A stretch of DNA of 64,000 bases from an uncultured Psychroserpens sp. (GCF_947500255.1 NZ_CANMRL010000009.1:4692-68691), one strand, 5' to 3'; positions 37,110-48,599 are shown, counted from the first letter of the stretch. Translations and numbers: made by a program. Notes: generated by a model not told the origin, from the letters alone.

Positions 37110-39833
37110 TTATCTTTTTATTATTCTCTTAGTAACAATGGCTTTACTATTTGTATCTGTAATGTTTATGAGATACATACCACTTTCAAAATTTGAAATA
37201 TTAATTTGTAAAGCATTGCTTAAATTAGAAGTATTTTGATATACTTTTCTTCCTCTTAAATCGTACATTTCTACTGAAGCATTAATACTCTCACTTGAAT
37301 TATTGCTAATATTAATTATATCTATAGCTGGATTAGGAAATACATTTAGTGTATTAGAAAGACTAAAATCATCTACACTTAATGATTCGCAGTCAGTTCC
37401 AGTTAAGCGTGTTACAATAATTGCATTATCAGAAATATCAGAACAATCTAAGTTGTCAAGAGATGATAAAGGTTGGCCAATTTGATCAAGTCCGTTATTA
37501 GGAACACCTCTATAAGACCATCCCCAAATTTCACATACACCTGCTCCAGCACCGTCTAAATCAATAACGTTAGTATTAACAACATTTAAAATTAATCCAG
37601 TATTTGCGTCTGTAATAACATATCTATAGGATAGATTTTCAGCACCAGGATTTTCATGTATAACGTCTAACGGGTTTGGAAGGCCATCTCCTGCGCAAAT
37701 TGAAATTTCTGTATCTCCATTTGAAAGACTTACAGTACCACCATCGGCAGCTTCACGGATAACATTTACAGCATTATCAGAGATGTCTGAACATTCAGCA
37801 GCATCAAGATCAGCTAAAGGTCCACCAATAAACGATGCACCATTATCAGCCATTCCTCTGTATGACCATCCCCAAATTTGACAAGTACCAACACCAGCAC
37901 CATTAAGATCGATAGTTGCAGAAGGAGATATAGCTAAGATTACCGAAGCATCTTCGTTGGTAATCACATATCTATAAGATAAATTCTCAGCTCCAGGATT
38001 CTCATGAATGATCACTAAAGGATCGGCTTGTGAATCAACACAAATAACAGCTTCAGTGTCACCATTAAAAGAAGTTGTATTATTAGGATTTCCAGTAGCT
38101 GCAAGATCGATAGCAACAGTACCACCATCGGCAGCTTCACGGATAACATTTACAGCATTATCAGAGATGTCTGAACATTCAGCAGCATCAAGATCAGCTA
38201 AAGGTCCACCAATAAACGATGCACCATTGTCAGCCATTCCTCTGTATGACCATCCCCAAATTTGACAAGTACCAGCACCAGCACCATTAAGATCGATAGT
38301 TGCAGAAGGAGATATAGCTAAGATTACCGAAGCATCTTCGTTGGTAATCACATATCTATAAGATAAATTCTCAGCTCCAGGATTCTCATGAATGATCACT
38401 AAAGGATCGGCTTGTGAATCAACACAAATAACAGCTTCAGTGTCACCATTAAAAGATGTTGTATTATTAGGATTTCCAGTGGCTGCAAGATCGATAGCAA
38501 CAGTACCACCATCGGCAGCTTCGCGGATAACATTTACAGCATTATCAGAGATGTCTGAACATTCAGCAGCATCAAGATCAGCTAAAGGTCCACCAATAAA
38601 CGATGCACCATTATCAGCCATTCCTCTGTATGACCATCCCCAAATTTGACAAGTACCAACACCAGCGCCATTAAGATCGATAGTTGCAGAAGGAGATATA
38701 GCTAAGATTACCGAAGCATCTTCGTTGGTAATCACATATCTATAAGATAAATTCTCAGCTCCAGGATTCTCATGAATGATCACTAAAGGATCGGCTTGTG
38801 AATCAACACAAATAACAGCTTCAGTGTCACCATTAAAAGAAGTTGTATTATTAGGATTTCCAGTAGCTGCAAGATCGATAGCAACAGTACCACCATCGGC
38901 AGCTTCACGGATGACTTGTACTGGATTTGATAAATCAAAGCATCCAGTTAAATCTGATAAGCTATTACCAACTATATTTCCAGAAAAATCATTCTCGTAG
39001 CGTACATACCAAATTTCACATATACCAGTTCCTGCGCCATTTAAATTAAAAGGCCCACTACTTGGAAGTCCTAAGATTTCATTCGTAGCGGCATCAGTAA
39101 TAATAAATCCTGAATTAGTACCTACACTGCCAGAGCCTATATTTACATTAATGAAGTCATCTTGGTTATCAACACAAATAACAGCGTTTAAACCGTCAGC
39201 AGCAACTGTAGTGGTATTGTTTAAATTAGTATTATCAATTGTAATATCTGCAGCATGCGCATTACATATAACAATATTATTATCACTACCTAGAGTGTCA
39301 GTATCTTCAAAATAATCAGAAGGGCTATCACCTGTGCCATCATATTGTAGAGATAGAGATTCTCCAAATGCAGGAATAAAATCTGTTGCAATACTCCAAA
39401 CTCCTGCGCCTACCGCAACGTTTGCACGACCGTGATTTCCAGATCCCCATTGAATATAATCTACTATAGCAGAACTACTTCCAAAAGAGTTAGTTGAGTA
39501 TAAACCTAATTCACCATCGGCACTATCGATAAAGTTGAATCCGCTTATTTCTAAGATTGCTCCTGGAGTCATATTAAGGTTTCCGGACTCTACAGTGATA
39601 GAACCATTATTCAATTGTCTATAACTAGGGAAGTCACATAACCAATAGGTTGAGACATCTATTGTTGTAGCACCTAAATTTTTAAGTTCTACGCTTCCGT
39701 TTTCTTTAACTTCATTTATAACAATTTGAGCTTGTGAAAAGCTAACTGCGAATAAAAAGAAAAAAAGAAACACTACTTTGTTAAAATGTGTGGCAGAAAT
39801 CGTGGGCCACTTTTTGAGTACTTTTTTCATCAT
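37110..39833 (-). CDS. T9SS type-A cargo: lamin-tail-like N-domain plus five Cys-containing repeat domains
   Basis: Signal peptide; YWLC domain; 128-aa repeats; CTD VFPNP...YDLRGRKV...SGMYLI...KRIIKR. Confidence 0.9.
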   Translation of the reverse strand: MMKKVLKKWPTISATHFNKVVFLFFFLFAVSFSQAQIVINEVKENGSVELKNLGATTIDVSTYWLCDFPSYRQLNNGSITVESGNLNMTPGAILEISGFNFIDSADGELGLYSTNSFGSSSAIVDYIQWGSGNHGRANVAVGAGVWSIATDFIPAFGESLSLQYDGTGDSPSDYFEDTDTLGSDNNIVICNAHAADITIDNTNLNNTTTVAADGLNAVICVDNQDDFINVNIGSGSVGTNSGFIITDAATNEILGLPSSGPFNLNGAGTGICEIWYVRYENDFSGNIVGNSLSDLTGCFDLSNPVQVIREAADGGTVAIDLAATGNPNNTTSFNGDTEAVICVDSQADPLVIIHENPGAENLSYRYVITNEDASVILAISPSATIDLNGAGVGTCQIWGWSYRGMADNGASFIGGPLADLDAAECSDISDNAVNVIREAADGGTVAIDLAATGNPNNTTSFNGDTEAVICVDSQADPLVIIHENPGAENLSYRYVITNEDASVILAISPSATIDLNGAGAGTCQIWGWSYRGMADNGASFIGGPLADLDAAECSDISDNAVNVIREAADGGTVAIDLAATGNPNNTTSFNGDTEAVICVDSQADPLVIIHENPGAENLSYRYVITNEDASVILAISPSATIDLNGAGVGTCQIWGWSYRGMADNGASFIGGPLADLDAAECSDISDNAVNVIREAADGGTVSLSNGDTEISICAGDGLPNPLDVIHENPGAENLSYRYVITDANTGLILNVVNTNVIDLDGAGAGVCEIWGWSYRGVPNNGLDQIGQPLSSLDNLDCSDISDNAIIVTRLTGTDCESLSVDDFSLSNTLNVFPNPAIDIINISNNSSESINASVEMYDLRGRKVYQNTSNLSNALQINISNFESGMYLINITDTNSKAIVTKRIIKR
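37732..38912. repeat. Intragenic tandem repeat, 384-bp unit, about 3.1 copies
   Basis: ACAGTACCACCATCGGCAGC starts at 37732, 38116, 38500 and 38884; copies differ at only a few positions. Confidence 0.95.
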
Positions 39834-39921
39834 TCAATTTTTTTTGTGATTAAAATGTTTTATTAATTTGATGATGCAAATAAAATGAGGAAAGGAACCT
39901 TAATACAATTAAATTATAGCG

Positions 39922-39950
39922 AAGCGGAAAATGGGGCTTTAAAACGGAAT
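39922..39950. promoter_or_regulatory. LytTR-type direct repeat box 1
   Basis: AAGCGGAAAAT...AAAACGGAAT, 20-bp period. Confidence 0.7.
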
Positions 39951-40156
39951 TGTTGAAAGTATTGTAAACAGTGGTGTTGTCATCTTTTTGTTTGGAAATC
40001 ACTACGACTTAGAAGTTATTGGCGTTTATTTGAAGAATTTTGAAGAATTAAACCTTTTTTAAGTGAATTGTATTAATATACCATAGTGAGACTTTTTTGT
40101 ATTTAATCTAAATGAGTTTAGTTTTATTCTAAAAGACACAAGGAATTATAATAAAG

Positions 40157-40187
40157 AAAAAAGGCATCAATACTATTGATGCCTTTT
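40157..40187 (-). terminator. Intrinsic terminator of the lipoprotein gene
   Basis: AAAAGGCATCAATA c TATTGATGCCTTTT with a T6 tract on -. Confidence 0.8.
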
Positions 40188-40227
40188 AGGTTGGTTATTA
40201 AATATAAGTAGGTAACGTTAATCGGGC

Positions 40228-41187
40228 TTAATTCCAAAATGTAGAGCCAAAATCATCAGCTTCTCCAGTAAAGTTGTAAGGGGATCCTCCTTGTAAAAAA
40301 TTATCGGCATTATCCCAGCGTCCAGCAGTTACCGCTTGGTTAACTCGAGCTTGATTGGCAGCACCCCATTGTACATAATCTACTAGTACGTTTGGATCTG
40401 TAGATCCAAATGAATTTGTAGAAAAAATACTTAACCCATCTGCTGTTGGATTCACATCATAAGATAATGTAATACTAGCATTAGGTGCTAAGTTTGTTGA
40501 ACCTGAAGCCGCATTAGAAACTTGAACATAGGTTCCAGGTCCAAGACATAACCAGTAATCTCCTATATCTATTGCTGTACCTCCAAGGTTAGATATCGTA
40601 ACTTGGTCTGTTGTGGTATTGACTTCCAAAATCTTTACAACACTAGGAGTTGGTGTGACTACTACAGTTGTTCCTTCCCAAAAAGTAGATCCAAATTGAT
40701 TGGCTTGTCCATTAAAAATGTAAGGAGACCCTTCTTGAACGAAGTTGTTAGCATTATCCCAACGTCCAGCTGTTATGGCTTGGTTAACTCGAGCTTGATT
40801 GGCAGCTCCCCATTGTACATAATCTAAAAGTACGTTTGGGTCTGATGATCCAAATGTGTTGGTAGTAAAAATACTAAGTCCGTCTGCGGTAGGGTTAACA
40901 TCATATGATAGAGTGATGTTTTGATTTGGACTTAAGTTTGTTGAACTATTTGTAGCATCGGAAATTTGAACATAAGTTCCAGGACCTAAGCATAGCCAGT
41001 AAGTACCAATATCTACTGAAGCATCACCAAAATTTGAAATAATAATTTCGTCTGTGTCGGCATTTACCTCTGTAATGCGAATAATACTCTCGCCAATATC
41101 AATTGGATTAATAGTGTCGTCATCTGAACTACAGCTTGCAAATAAAGCTGTTAGTATCATGAATAAAAAAAAATTTTTCATTTTCAT
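40228..41187 (-). CDS. Surface lipoprotein with two lamin-tail-like YWLC domains
   Basis: FASC lipobox followed by SSDDD; internal duplication with 444-bp (148-aa) period. Confidence 0.85.
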   Translation of the reverse strand: MKMKNFFLFMILTALFASCSSDDDTINPIDIGESIIRITEVNADTDEIIISNFGDASVDIGTYWLCLGPGTYVQISDATNSSTNLSPNQNITLSYDVNPTADGLSIFTTNTFGSSDPNVLLDYVQWGAANQARVNQAITAGRWDNANNFVQEGSPYIFNGQANQFGSTFWEGTTVVVTPTPSVVKILEVNTTTDQVTISNLGGTAIDIGDYWLCLGPGTYVQVSNAASGSTNLAPNASITLSYDVNPTADGLSIFSTNSFGSTDPNVLVDYVQWGAANQARVNQAVTAGRWDNADNFLQGGSPYNFTGEADDFGSTFWN

Positions 41188-41264
41188 TGCGTTTAAATTT
41201 GTTTAAATTATTTGATACCGTAAATGACGTCTGTTTTTATGCATCCTGACAACAAAAAAGTGCG

Positions 41265-41294
41265 AAACGGAAAATTGCCAGTTAAAACGGAAAA
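41265..41294. promoter_or_regulatory. LytTR-type direct repeat box 2
   Basis: AAACGGAAAAT...AAAACGGAAAAT, 20-bp period. Confidence 0.75.
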
Positions 41295-41324
41295 TTTGTA
41301 GACTTATTTATTTCAAAAGGATTA

Positions 41325-42200
41325 TTACAATTGAATATGATAAGTAGCGTGGAAGCCAAAGAAGAAATTTCCATCTCTAAAATTAAAGTTTTGGGCAGTT
41401 TGAGTGATGAAAGCATCTTCAGTGAAAATTTGATTATTGGTCATTTTAAACTGTAATAATAAGTCACTAACTTCCCAATTTGCTCCTAGTGAGAACGCAC
41501 CAAAAGTTTCTATAGATTTTAGAGGATTTGCAACATAATAATATTCTGAAACAATAGAGACGTGATTGCTTACTTTATAACGTGAGCCAAAACCTACAGC
41601 GAAATGATTATGATCATCGACACTAAAATTAGAAGATGTTCTATGAACGAATGTCGGTGATATTTGAAGCGAAAAATCTCTCGTTATTTTTCTTGCAATT
41701 AATAGTTGAGTTGTAAAAGCCAATTTTTCACCAAAAGTATTTCTACGTTCAATTCCTTTTATGGATCGCGTTCGGTAAGTGCTTGTTTGCAATAAGGTTA
41801 TACCTACAGGACTTCCTTTTTTTGTTGTACTTTGTTGAAATAGCCTATACTTTAAGTAAGAATCGATTATGCCATTTGGGTTTCCAGAGCCTATTCCAAA
41901 GGTTAAACGATCGGAAATCCCATAATCCAATCCTACTCTTGTGCACATTCTATCAGCTATAAAAGAATTACTTGTCTCTTGTGGAACATTCCAATAACGG
42001 CTCATAAAGGAAATTTCTAATGTATTCTTTTTCCGAGTCTCAATAGAATGACCAATAGAAAGTCGAGTACCTTTAAATGTAGACATTACATAATTTTTTG
42101 TTTCTAAATCTTCATTGGCCAATTTGTCTAGCAAATTTTGAGATGATAAACATGATGGTATACTTAAGAAAAGTACAAACTGTAGTATTTTACTTTTCAT
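41325..42200 (-). CDS. DUF5777-family outer-membrane beta-barrel
   Basis: TFKGTRL..GHSIET, QLLIARK, QISPTFVHR, FFGFHATYHIQL. Confidence 0.85.
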   Translation of the reverse strand: MKSKILQFVLFLSIPSCLSSQNLLDKLANEDLETKNYVMSTFKGTRLSIGHSIETRKKNTLEISFMSRYWNVPQETSNSFIADRMCTRVGLDYGISDRLTFGIGSGNPNGIIDSYLKYRLFQQSTTKKGSPVGITLLQTSTYRTRSIKGIERRNTFGEKLAFTTQLLIARKITRDFSLQISPTFVHRTSSNFSVDDHNHFAVGFGSRYKVSNHVSIVSEYYYVANPLKSIETFGAFSLGANWEVSDLLLQFKMTNNQIFTEDAFITQTAQNFNFRDGNFFFGFHATYHIQL

Positions 42201-42780
42201 GTTGAGAATATTTAAAATTAAAAGTAACTTCTATTTTTTTTGAAATATTGGGTGACAATAAAGCGGGTACTTTGATATTATAATCGTCTATTAAAATGTC
42301 TAGACCTCCTTTGATAATGTAATTTCCATCAACTATGGATATGGTAGCTTTAATGTCGACTGATTTGGTAACATCTTTCAATGTAAAATCACCTTTTATA
42401 ATGCGAGTTTGCATGGTTTCAATACTTGGGTCAAAATCTATGATTTTTCCACTAAATGTTGCTTCAGGATATAGGTCGGATTCAATATAACTTTCGTTGA
42501 AATGTTCATGCATTAATGATTTCTTAAAAACGAAGGCCCTCATCAAAATTCTTACCGCAACTTCATTTGTCTTGGTGTCAAAGATACTTAAGGCTTGATT
42601 GTTAGTTGCTTGAATGTTTTCTACTGGAGTATAAGAGAAAAAAGAGACTTCGCCTTGTCTTTCAATGTACTCTTCTTTATAATCTTTTTTGTTTGGAAAA
42701 TGAGAAGGGTAATTAATAAAAGCGATAAGAATTAATAGTAAAGTTTTATTCATGAATACTCTTTTTATATAATAACACAA
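42190..42780 (-). CDS. YceI-family protein
   Basis: FFSYTPVENIQATN, LMHEHFNESYIESDLYPEATF; start may be MNKT a few codons in. Confidence 0.88.
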   Translation of the reverse strand: MCYYIKRVFMNKTLLLILIAFINYPSHFPNKKDYKEEYIERQGEVSFFSYTPVENIQATNNQALSIFDTKTNEVAVRILMRAFVFKKSLMHEHFNESYIESDLYPEATFSGKIIDFDPSIETMQTRIIKGDFTLKDVTKSVDIKATISIVDGNYIIKGGLDILIDDYNIKVPALLSPNISKKIEVTFNFKYSQHEK

Positions 42781-43175
42781 TTCAATAATATAACATCCAT
42801 TAAATGACCTTTTAATATGCCTTTAATTTTAACTCTTTTCCCTATGTTAAGTTGTGATACTTTTTCAATTTGATCACTTTGTAATTCGCATAAAATATAT
42901 GTTTTATGATTGCCATCAGTTAAATACAGCGTATAGATATCATTTTTATATTTTATCTCTTTTAAAATACCATCAACTTCAATAGCTTTTTCTATAAATT
43001 GTCCAAGCGATTGATTTTTATATTCAAAAATCAATTCATTTGTTGTTAGTTGTTTAGTAGTTTGTTTCTGATTCGTATTACTATCAGATTTGGTTATTAA
43101 ATCTATTGTTATAATTGTAATCGAAATAAGTAAAAACACGGCTACAAAAATTTTATCCAAATGTCGCTTTATCAT
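42765..43175 (-). CDS. Membrane-anchored OB-fold (tRNA_anti-like) protein
   Basis: N-terminal TM; KAIEVDG...LCEL...VKIKGILKGHLMDVILLNCVII. Confidence 0.8.
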   Translation of the reverse strand: MIKRHLDKIFVAVFLLISITIITIDLITKSDSNTNQKQTTKQLTTNELIFEYKNQSLGQFIEKAIEVDGILKEIKYKNDIYTLYLTDGNHKTYILCELQSDQIEKVSQLNIGKRVKIKGILKGHLMDVILLNCVII

Positions 43176-43297
43176 AATTCTAATTAATTATTTAACCTAT
43201 TATATACTACCTTAAATTGGTTACTATTTCTAATAATTAATGTAAAAGTATGTAATTAAACTCCCAAAAAAACGTCTATAGTAGCACAAAATAATTG

Positions 43298-43326
43298 AAA
43301 CGGAAAAATGAATCTTAAAGTGGAAT
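43298..43326. promoter_or_regulatory. LytTR-type direct repeat box 3
   Basis: AAACGGAAAAA...AAAGTGGAAT, 20-bp period, in the divergent spacer. Confidence 0.65.
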
Positions 43327-43406
43327 TTTGAGCTTTGAATTTTTTATGTTTTGATTACCTAACGTTTAAATTAGTGGTATAAATTAGATAACCTTACAAA
43401 CCAACA

Positions 43407-44537
43407 ATGAAAAATTATAGAATTTATATTCTGATATCAATCATTTTTAGTGTTTTATACTTGATAATATCTTATTTAGCAATAAACTTTATTTCTAAGA
43501 GCAGTTCAATTTTGCTCATTGAAAATGAAATTAATTCAGCAAAAAGAAGAGCTAAAGAGATTTCTTTGATAAGCTCAAAAGCTCTTGAAAATAAGTTAGA
43601 AAAGAATAATGTTGTAGACGCAATTCAAAAAAGTATCGAAGATGTTAACGAAGAAAATATTTTTTTATCAGTAATCGATTGGTCTGGTAAGATTGTTTGT
43701 TATCCAGATATTACAAAGGTTGGAGCCGTTGATGCTAGGGAGAACCCTTTGGTCTCTAGTGTAAAAAATGAAGTTTCAATTGAAGACCTCTATGCTTTTA
43801 TAAGCGATTATAATTTAGAAGGTAAAGAGCAAAACACTTCTGAGATTATTCGTCTTGATCCCATACCAAATTCTGATATGATCATTGCTACTCATATCAA
43901 TTTAAAAAACATTATTAGCAAACTAGATAGTTTTAAAAGTGGCTTTTTGTTTGTGTTTCTTATTCTCGGACTCATAATTTTAATTTTTCTATTAGGAATC
44001 ACACGTTATATAGGTAGTTATTATTATGAAGCTTTAGAACAACGTTCTTCTCGTTTAGAAGACGGAATGCTTAATTTATCAAAGCTCAATACGTCATTGG
44101 AGAACTACCAAAAAAATATTGCAATTATAAAAGAACAGCAAGCTAAGGCCGAAATTGAAGCATTTGAAAAAGAAGATGAAGACCAAGTAAAAGAATTGCC
44201 TAAAAAAAGACTTCTTACCTACATTAGGAATGAATTAATGCCTGTTTCAATAGAAGACATTTCTTATATCTATGTTGAAAACACCATTACTTATATTGTT
44301 AGAAAGGATGGAAAGCGCTATACAGCTAATGATAGTTTAGACCAAATTTATTCGTCTTTGGATCAAAAATTATTTTTTAGGGCTAATAGGCAAATAATTG
44401 TGTCGATCTACGCTATAGATAAGATCATTAAATTTGGGAATAGTTCTCTTAAAATAGAAACGAAACCTGCTTCGGAAATTGATATCGTTATTGGCAAAAA
44501 TAAAGCATCTTCTTTTAAACAATGGTTAGATCTATAG
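43407..44537 (+). CDS. One-component transmembrane LytTR regulator with Cache-like sensor
   Basis: TM - SVIDWSGKIVCYP domain - TM - coiled coil - LytTR (SIEDISYIYVE...FFRANRQIIV). Confidence 0.88.
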   Translation: MKNYRIYILISIIFSVLYLIISYLAINFISKSSSILLIENEINSAKRRAKEISLISSKALENKLEKNNVVDAIQKSIEDVNEENIFLSVIDWSGKIVCYPDITKVGAVDARENPLVSSVKNEVSIEDLYAFISDYNLEGKEQNTSEIIRLDPIPNSDMIIATHINLKNIISKLDSFKSGFLFVFLILGLIILIFLLGITRYIGSYYYEALEQRSSRLEDGMLNLSKLNTSLENYQKNIAIIKEQQAKAEIEAFEKEDEDQVKELPKKRLLTYIRNELMPVSIEDISYIYVENTITYIVRKDGKRYTANDSLDQIYSSLDQKLFFRANRQIIVSIYAIDKIIKFGNSSLKIETKPASEIDIVIGKNKASSFKQWLDL

Positions 44538-44599
44538 TGGGTTAAACCTTAATAGTTACACGCTTAATCTTTTTTTTGCTAGTTTAAAAATCAAAGCTA

Positions 44600-44658
44600 T
44601 ATATTTGCTGAAACCCTTATGGATACTGTATGTGACATATAGGTGACATTTAAATGTC
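44600..44658 (+). promoter_or_regulatory. sigmaA -7 element plus candidate XRE operator
   Basis: TATATTTG (44600-07); GTGACAT twice at 11-bp period; palindrome GACATTTAAATGTC (44645-58). Confidence 0.55.
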
Positions 44659-44689
44659 GTGTTAAAGACCAAGAATACGCTATAGATTT

Positions 44690-45283
44690 GTGTCAATAAA
44701 AATGACCAAAATGAAACAACGTACACTTAAAGAAAATTTAGTATACCAACGAAAGTTAAAAGGGTACACGCAAGAAGAACTTTCTCATCAAACTGGAGTT
44801 ACTGTTCGTACAATTCAGCGTATTGAAAAAGGAGAGGTGCAACCTCATTTGCAAACTGTAAAATTATTAGCAGAAGGTCTAGAAATTGATGTTAATGATT
44901 TACTAGTTTTAGATAATCCAAATGAAGAAACTCTTAAAAGAAAATGGATGATGTTAATTCATGGTTCTCCATTTTTTGGATTGCTCATACCATTTGCAAA
45001 CATCTTGATTCCAATATTTATATGGGTTAGCAAGAGCGAAGATAATAAAGTTTATGATGAGCATGGGAGAGCAGTCATTAACTTTCACTGTACCTTAAAT
45101 CTCATGTTAATTGTATCACTATTACTGTTTTTTCCATTACCTGGGTATAATTTTTTTGGAACTGTTGCTGTATTTCTTTTTGGTATTGTATTTAGCATTA
45201 AGAGTTTAATGTCTGCCTTAAGCAAAGGGACATACTACTATCCCCTTTCTATTCCATTTTTAAAACCAAAAAGTAAAGTTTAA
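44690..45283 (+). CDS. XRE-family HTH fused to DUF4870 membrane domain
   Basis: YTQEELS...VTVRTIQRIEKG; DEHGRAVINF...YYPLSIPF; start may be ATG 44702 or 44711. Confidence 0.85.
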   Translation: MSIKMTKMKQRTLKENLVYQRKLKGYTQEELSHQTGVTVRTIQRIEKGEVQPHLQTVKLLAEGLEIDVNDLLVLDNPNEETLKRKWMMLIHGSPFFGLLIPFANILIPIFIWVSKSEDNKVYDEHGRAVINFHCTLNLMLIVSLLLFFPLPGYNFFGTVAVFLFGIVFSIKSLMSALSKGTYYYPLSIPFLKPKSKV

Positions 45284-45305
45284 TCTTTTTAAAATTTCAT
45301 TTCAA

Positions 45306-46022
45306 ATGTTAGGATTATTAGTCATAATAGTAATCTCATGGGTGCTGTTGCATTTCATTGAGAAAAAGAACTTAAATGTTCTAGGAATCATTCCGAATAA
45401 AAATCGAACAATCCAGTTTATAATTGGCTTAATAATGATAAGCTTAATCTGTCTTTTAATGATCTATATTGAAACGCAGATAAAGTCGATTACATGGAAA
45501 CAACAAGTGATTAATTATAAATCAATGGGTAGTGCATTTATCTATCACCTTAGATCTGCTTTAACAGAAGATTTGGTGTTTAGAGGAGCCCTTTTGTATA
45601 TCCTCATAAGTAGAATAGGAAGTAAATGGGCAATTTTGATATCTGCATTTATCTTTGGGGTTTATCATGTCTTTTCTTATGGAATGACGAATGATAGAAT
45701 TGTTCCTATCATATACGTTGTTCTGGTTACAGGGTTTACTGGATATGTTTGGGCTTATGGATTTCATAAAACTAAATCAATCATGCTGGGTTTGGGGCTT
45801 CATATAGGCTATAATTTTATAATGACCTGCTTTTATCCAAGTCAGCCTTTTGGAGAGCTGCTATTTACCGAACTTTCAAAAACCGACTTGTCCGAATGGA
45901 ATCAATTCTATTATTCACTATTTAGAGGGTTCTTTCCTTCTATAATGACACTAATAGGTTTTAAGCTCTTATTTAAATCAAATCTCTTTGTTAATCACAT
46001 TAAGGAGGAAAATGCCAAATAA
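45306..46022 (+). CDS. CPBP (CAAX/Abi-like) intramembrane metalloprotease
   Basis: TEDLVFRG, FGVYH, GLHIGYN. Confidence 0.85.
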   Translation: MLGLLVIIVISWVLLHFIEKKNLNVLGIIPNKNRTIQFIIGLIMISLICLLMIYIETQIKSITWKQQVINYKSMGSAFIYHLRSALTEDLVFRGALLYILISRIGSKWAILISAFIFGVYHVFSYGMTNDRIVPIIYVVLVTGFTGYVWAYGFHKTKSIMLGLGLHIGYNFIMTCFYPSQPFGELLFTELSKTDLSEWNQFYYSLFRGFFPSIMTLIGFKLLFKSNLFVNHIKEENAK

Positions 46023-46155
46023 TATAAAACACTTGTTATCTAGATATCCCATAGCAACACGCTTAATATTGACCCTTTTAGCAGTCACCTATTTAATTTG
46101 GAAATGGAATGATTTCCCATGGCTTAAAAAGCGAAAAAACACGCCTGAAATTTAG
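46012..46155 (+). CDS. Candidate 47-aa single-TM small protein (absent from ORF track)
   Basis: MPNNIKHLLSRYPIATRLILTLLAVTYLIWKWNDFPWLKKRKNTPEI; start overlaps the CPBP stop. Confidence 0.4.
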   Translation: MPNNIKHLLSRYPIATRLILTLLAVTYLIWKWNDFPWLKKRKNTPEI

Positions 46156-46438
46156 ACGTTGTAGACATTTTTTAAATCTGAAATATCACCTCTAAAGCCT
46201 TTTTCAATTTTAGTGTTTTTACACAGGTGTTAAAAAGCAAGAAAATCGATTTTAAGCTACTTTTTAGACGATTTAAGACATTTTTAAGTAATTAACAAAT
46301 GTTGATAATTATTGTTTTCAATCGATAAAAAGCTTTTAAAATGCATGATTATTTCGTATCTTTGTTTGTATTCAAAAGGATGCTATAAAAGCATCTTTTT
46401 TTATTTCAGTAAGAATTAAAAAATTGAATGAATTTTAA

Positions 46439-48418
<1,980 letters not shown>

Positions 48419-48458
48419 TTAAATAAGTACACTTACTTAAACTTAAGTATAAAAATAT

Positions 48459-48493
48459 AAGCAACTACATACATATCTGTAGTTGCTTTTTTT
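48459..48493 (+). terminator. Intrinsic terminator
   Basis: AAGCAACTACA-N8-TGTAGTTGCTT plus a T run. Confidence 0.8.
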
Positions 48494-48599
48494 ATACAAT
48501 ATCTTTATTTTCATATCGACAAAAGGTGGTTTTTTGACGATAAAAAGCAGATATTCTTGTTTTTTTATTACATTTATAATAACCTATAAATCAAATGCT

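Noticed and set aside
37732-38912. Repeat array as CRISPR or DGR
   Set aside because: The units are contiguous in-frame 384-bp copies with no spacers, no adenine-specific variation and no RT or cas genes.
38008-39000. Three near-identical + strand ORFs
   Set aside because: They are antisense shadows of the 384-bp repeat in the T9SS gene.
46001-46011. Perfect SD (TAAGGAGG) before the 47-aa ORF
   Set aside because: It is explained by the I-K-E-E codons of the upstream gene, spacing is only 3 nt, and SD use is rare in this phylum.
45306-46022. Abi-domain protein as abortive infection
   Set aside because: The motifs are those of CPBP intramembrane proteases, and the Abi name of this family does not imply phage defence.
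46151-46308. Imperfect TTTAGACG...AGACATTTTT repeat (46151, 46263) and a DnaA-box-like TGTTGATAA (46300)
   Set aside because: They are short, AT-rich and mismatched, and cannot be distinguished from chance without comparative data.
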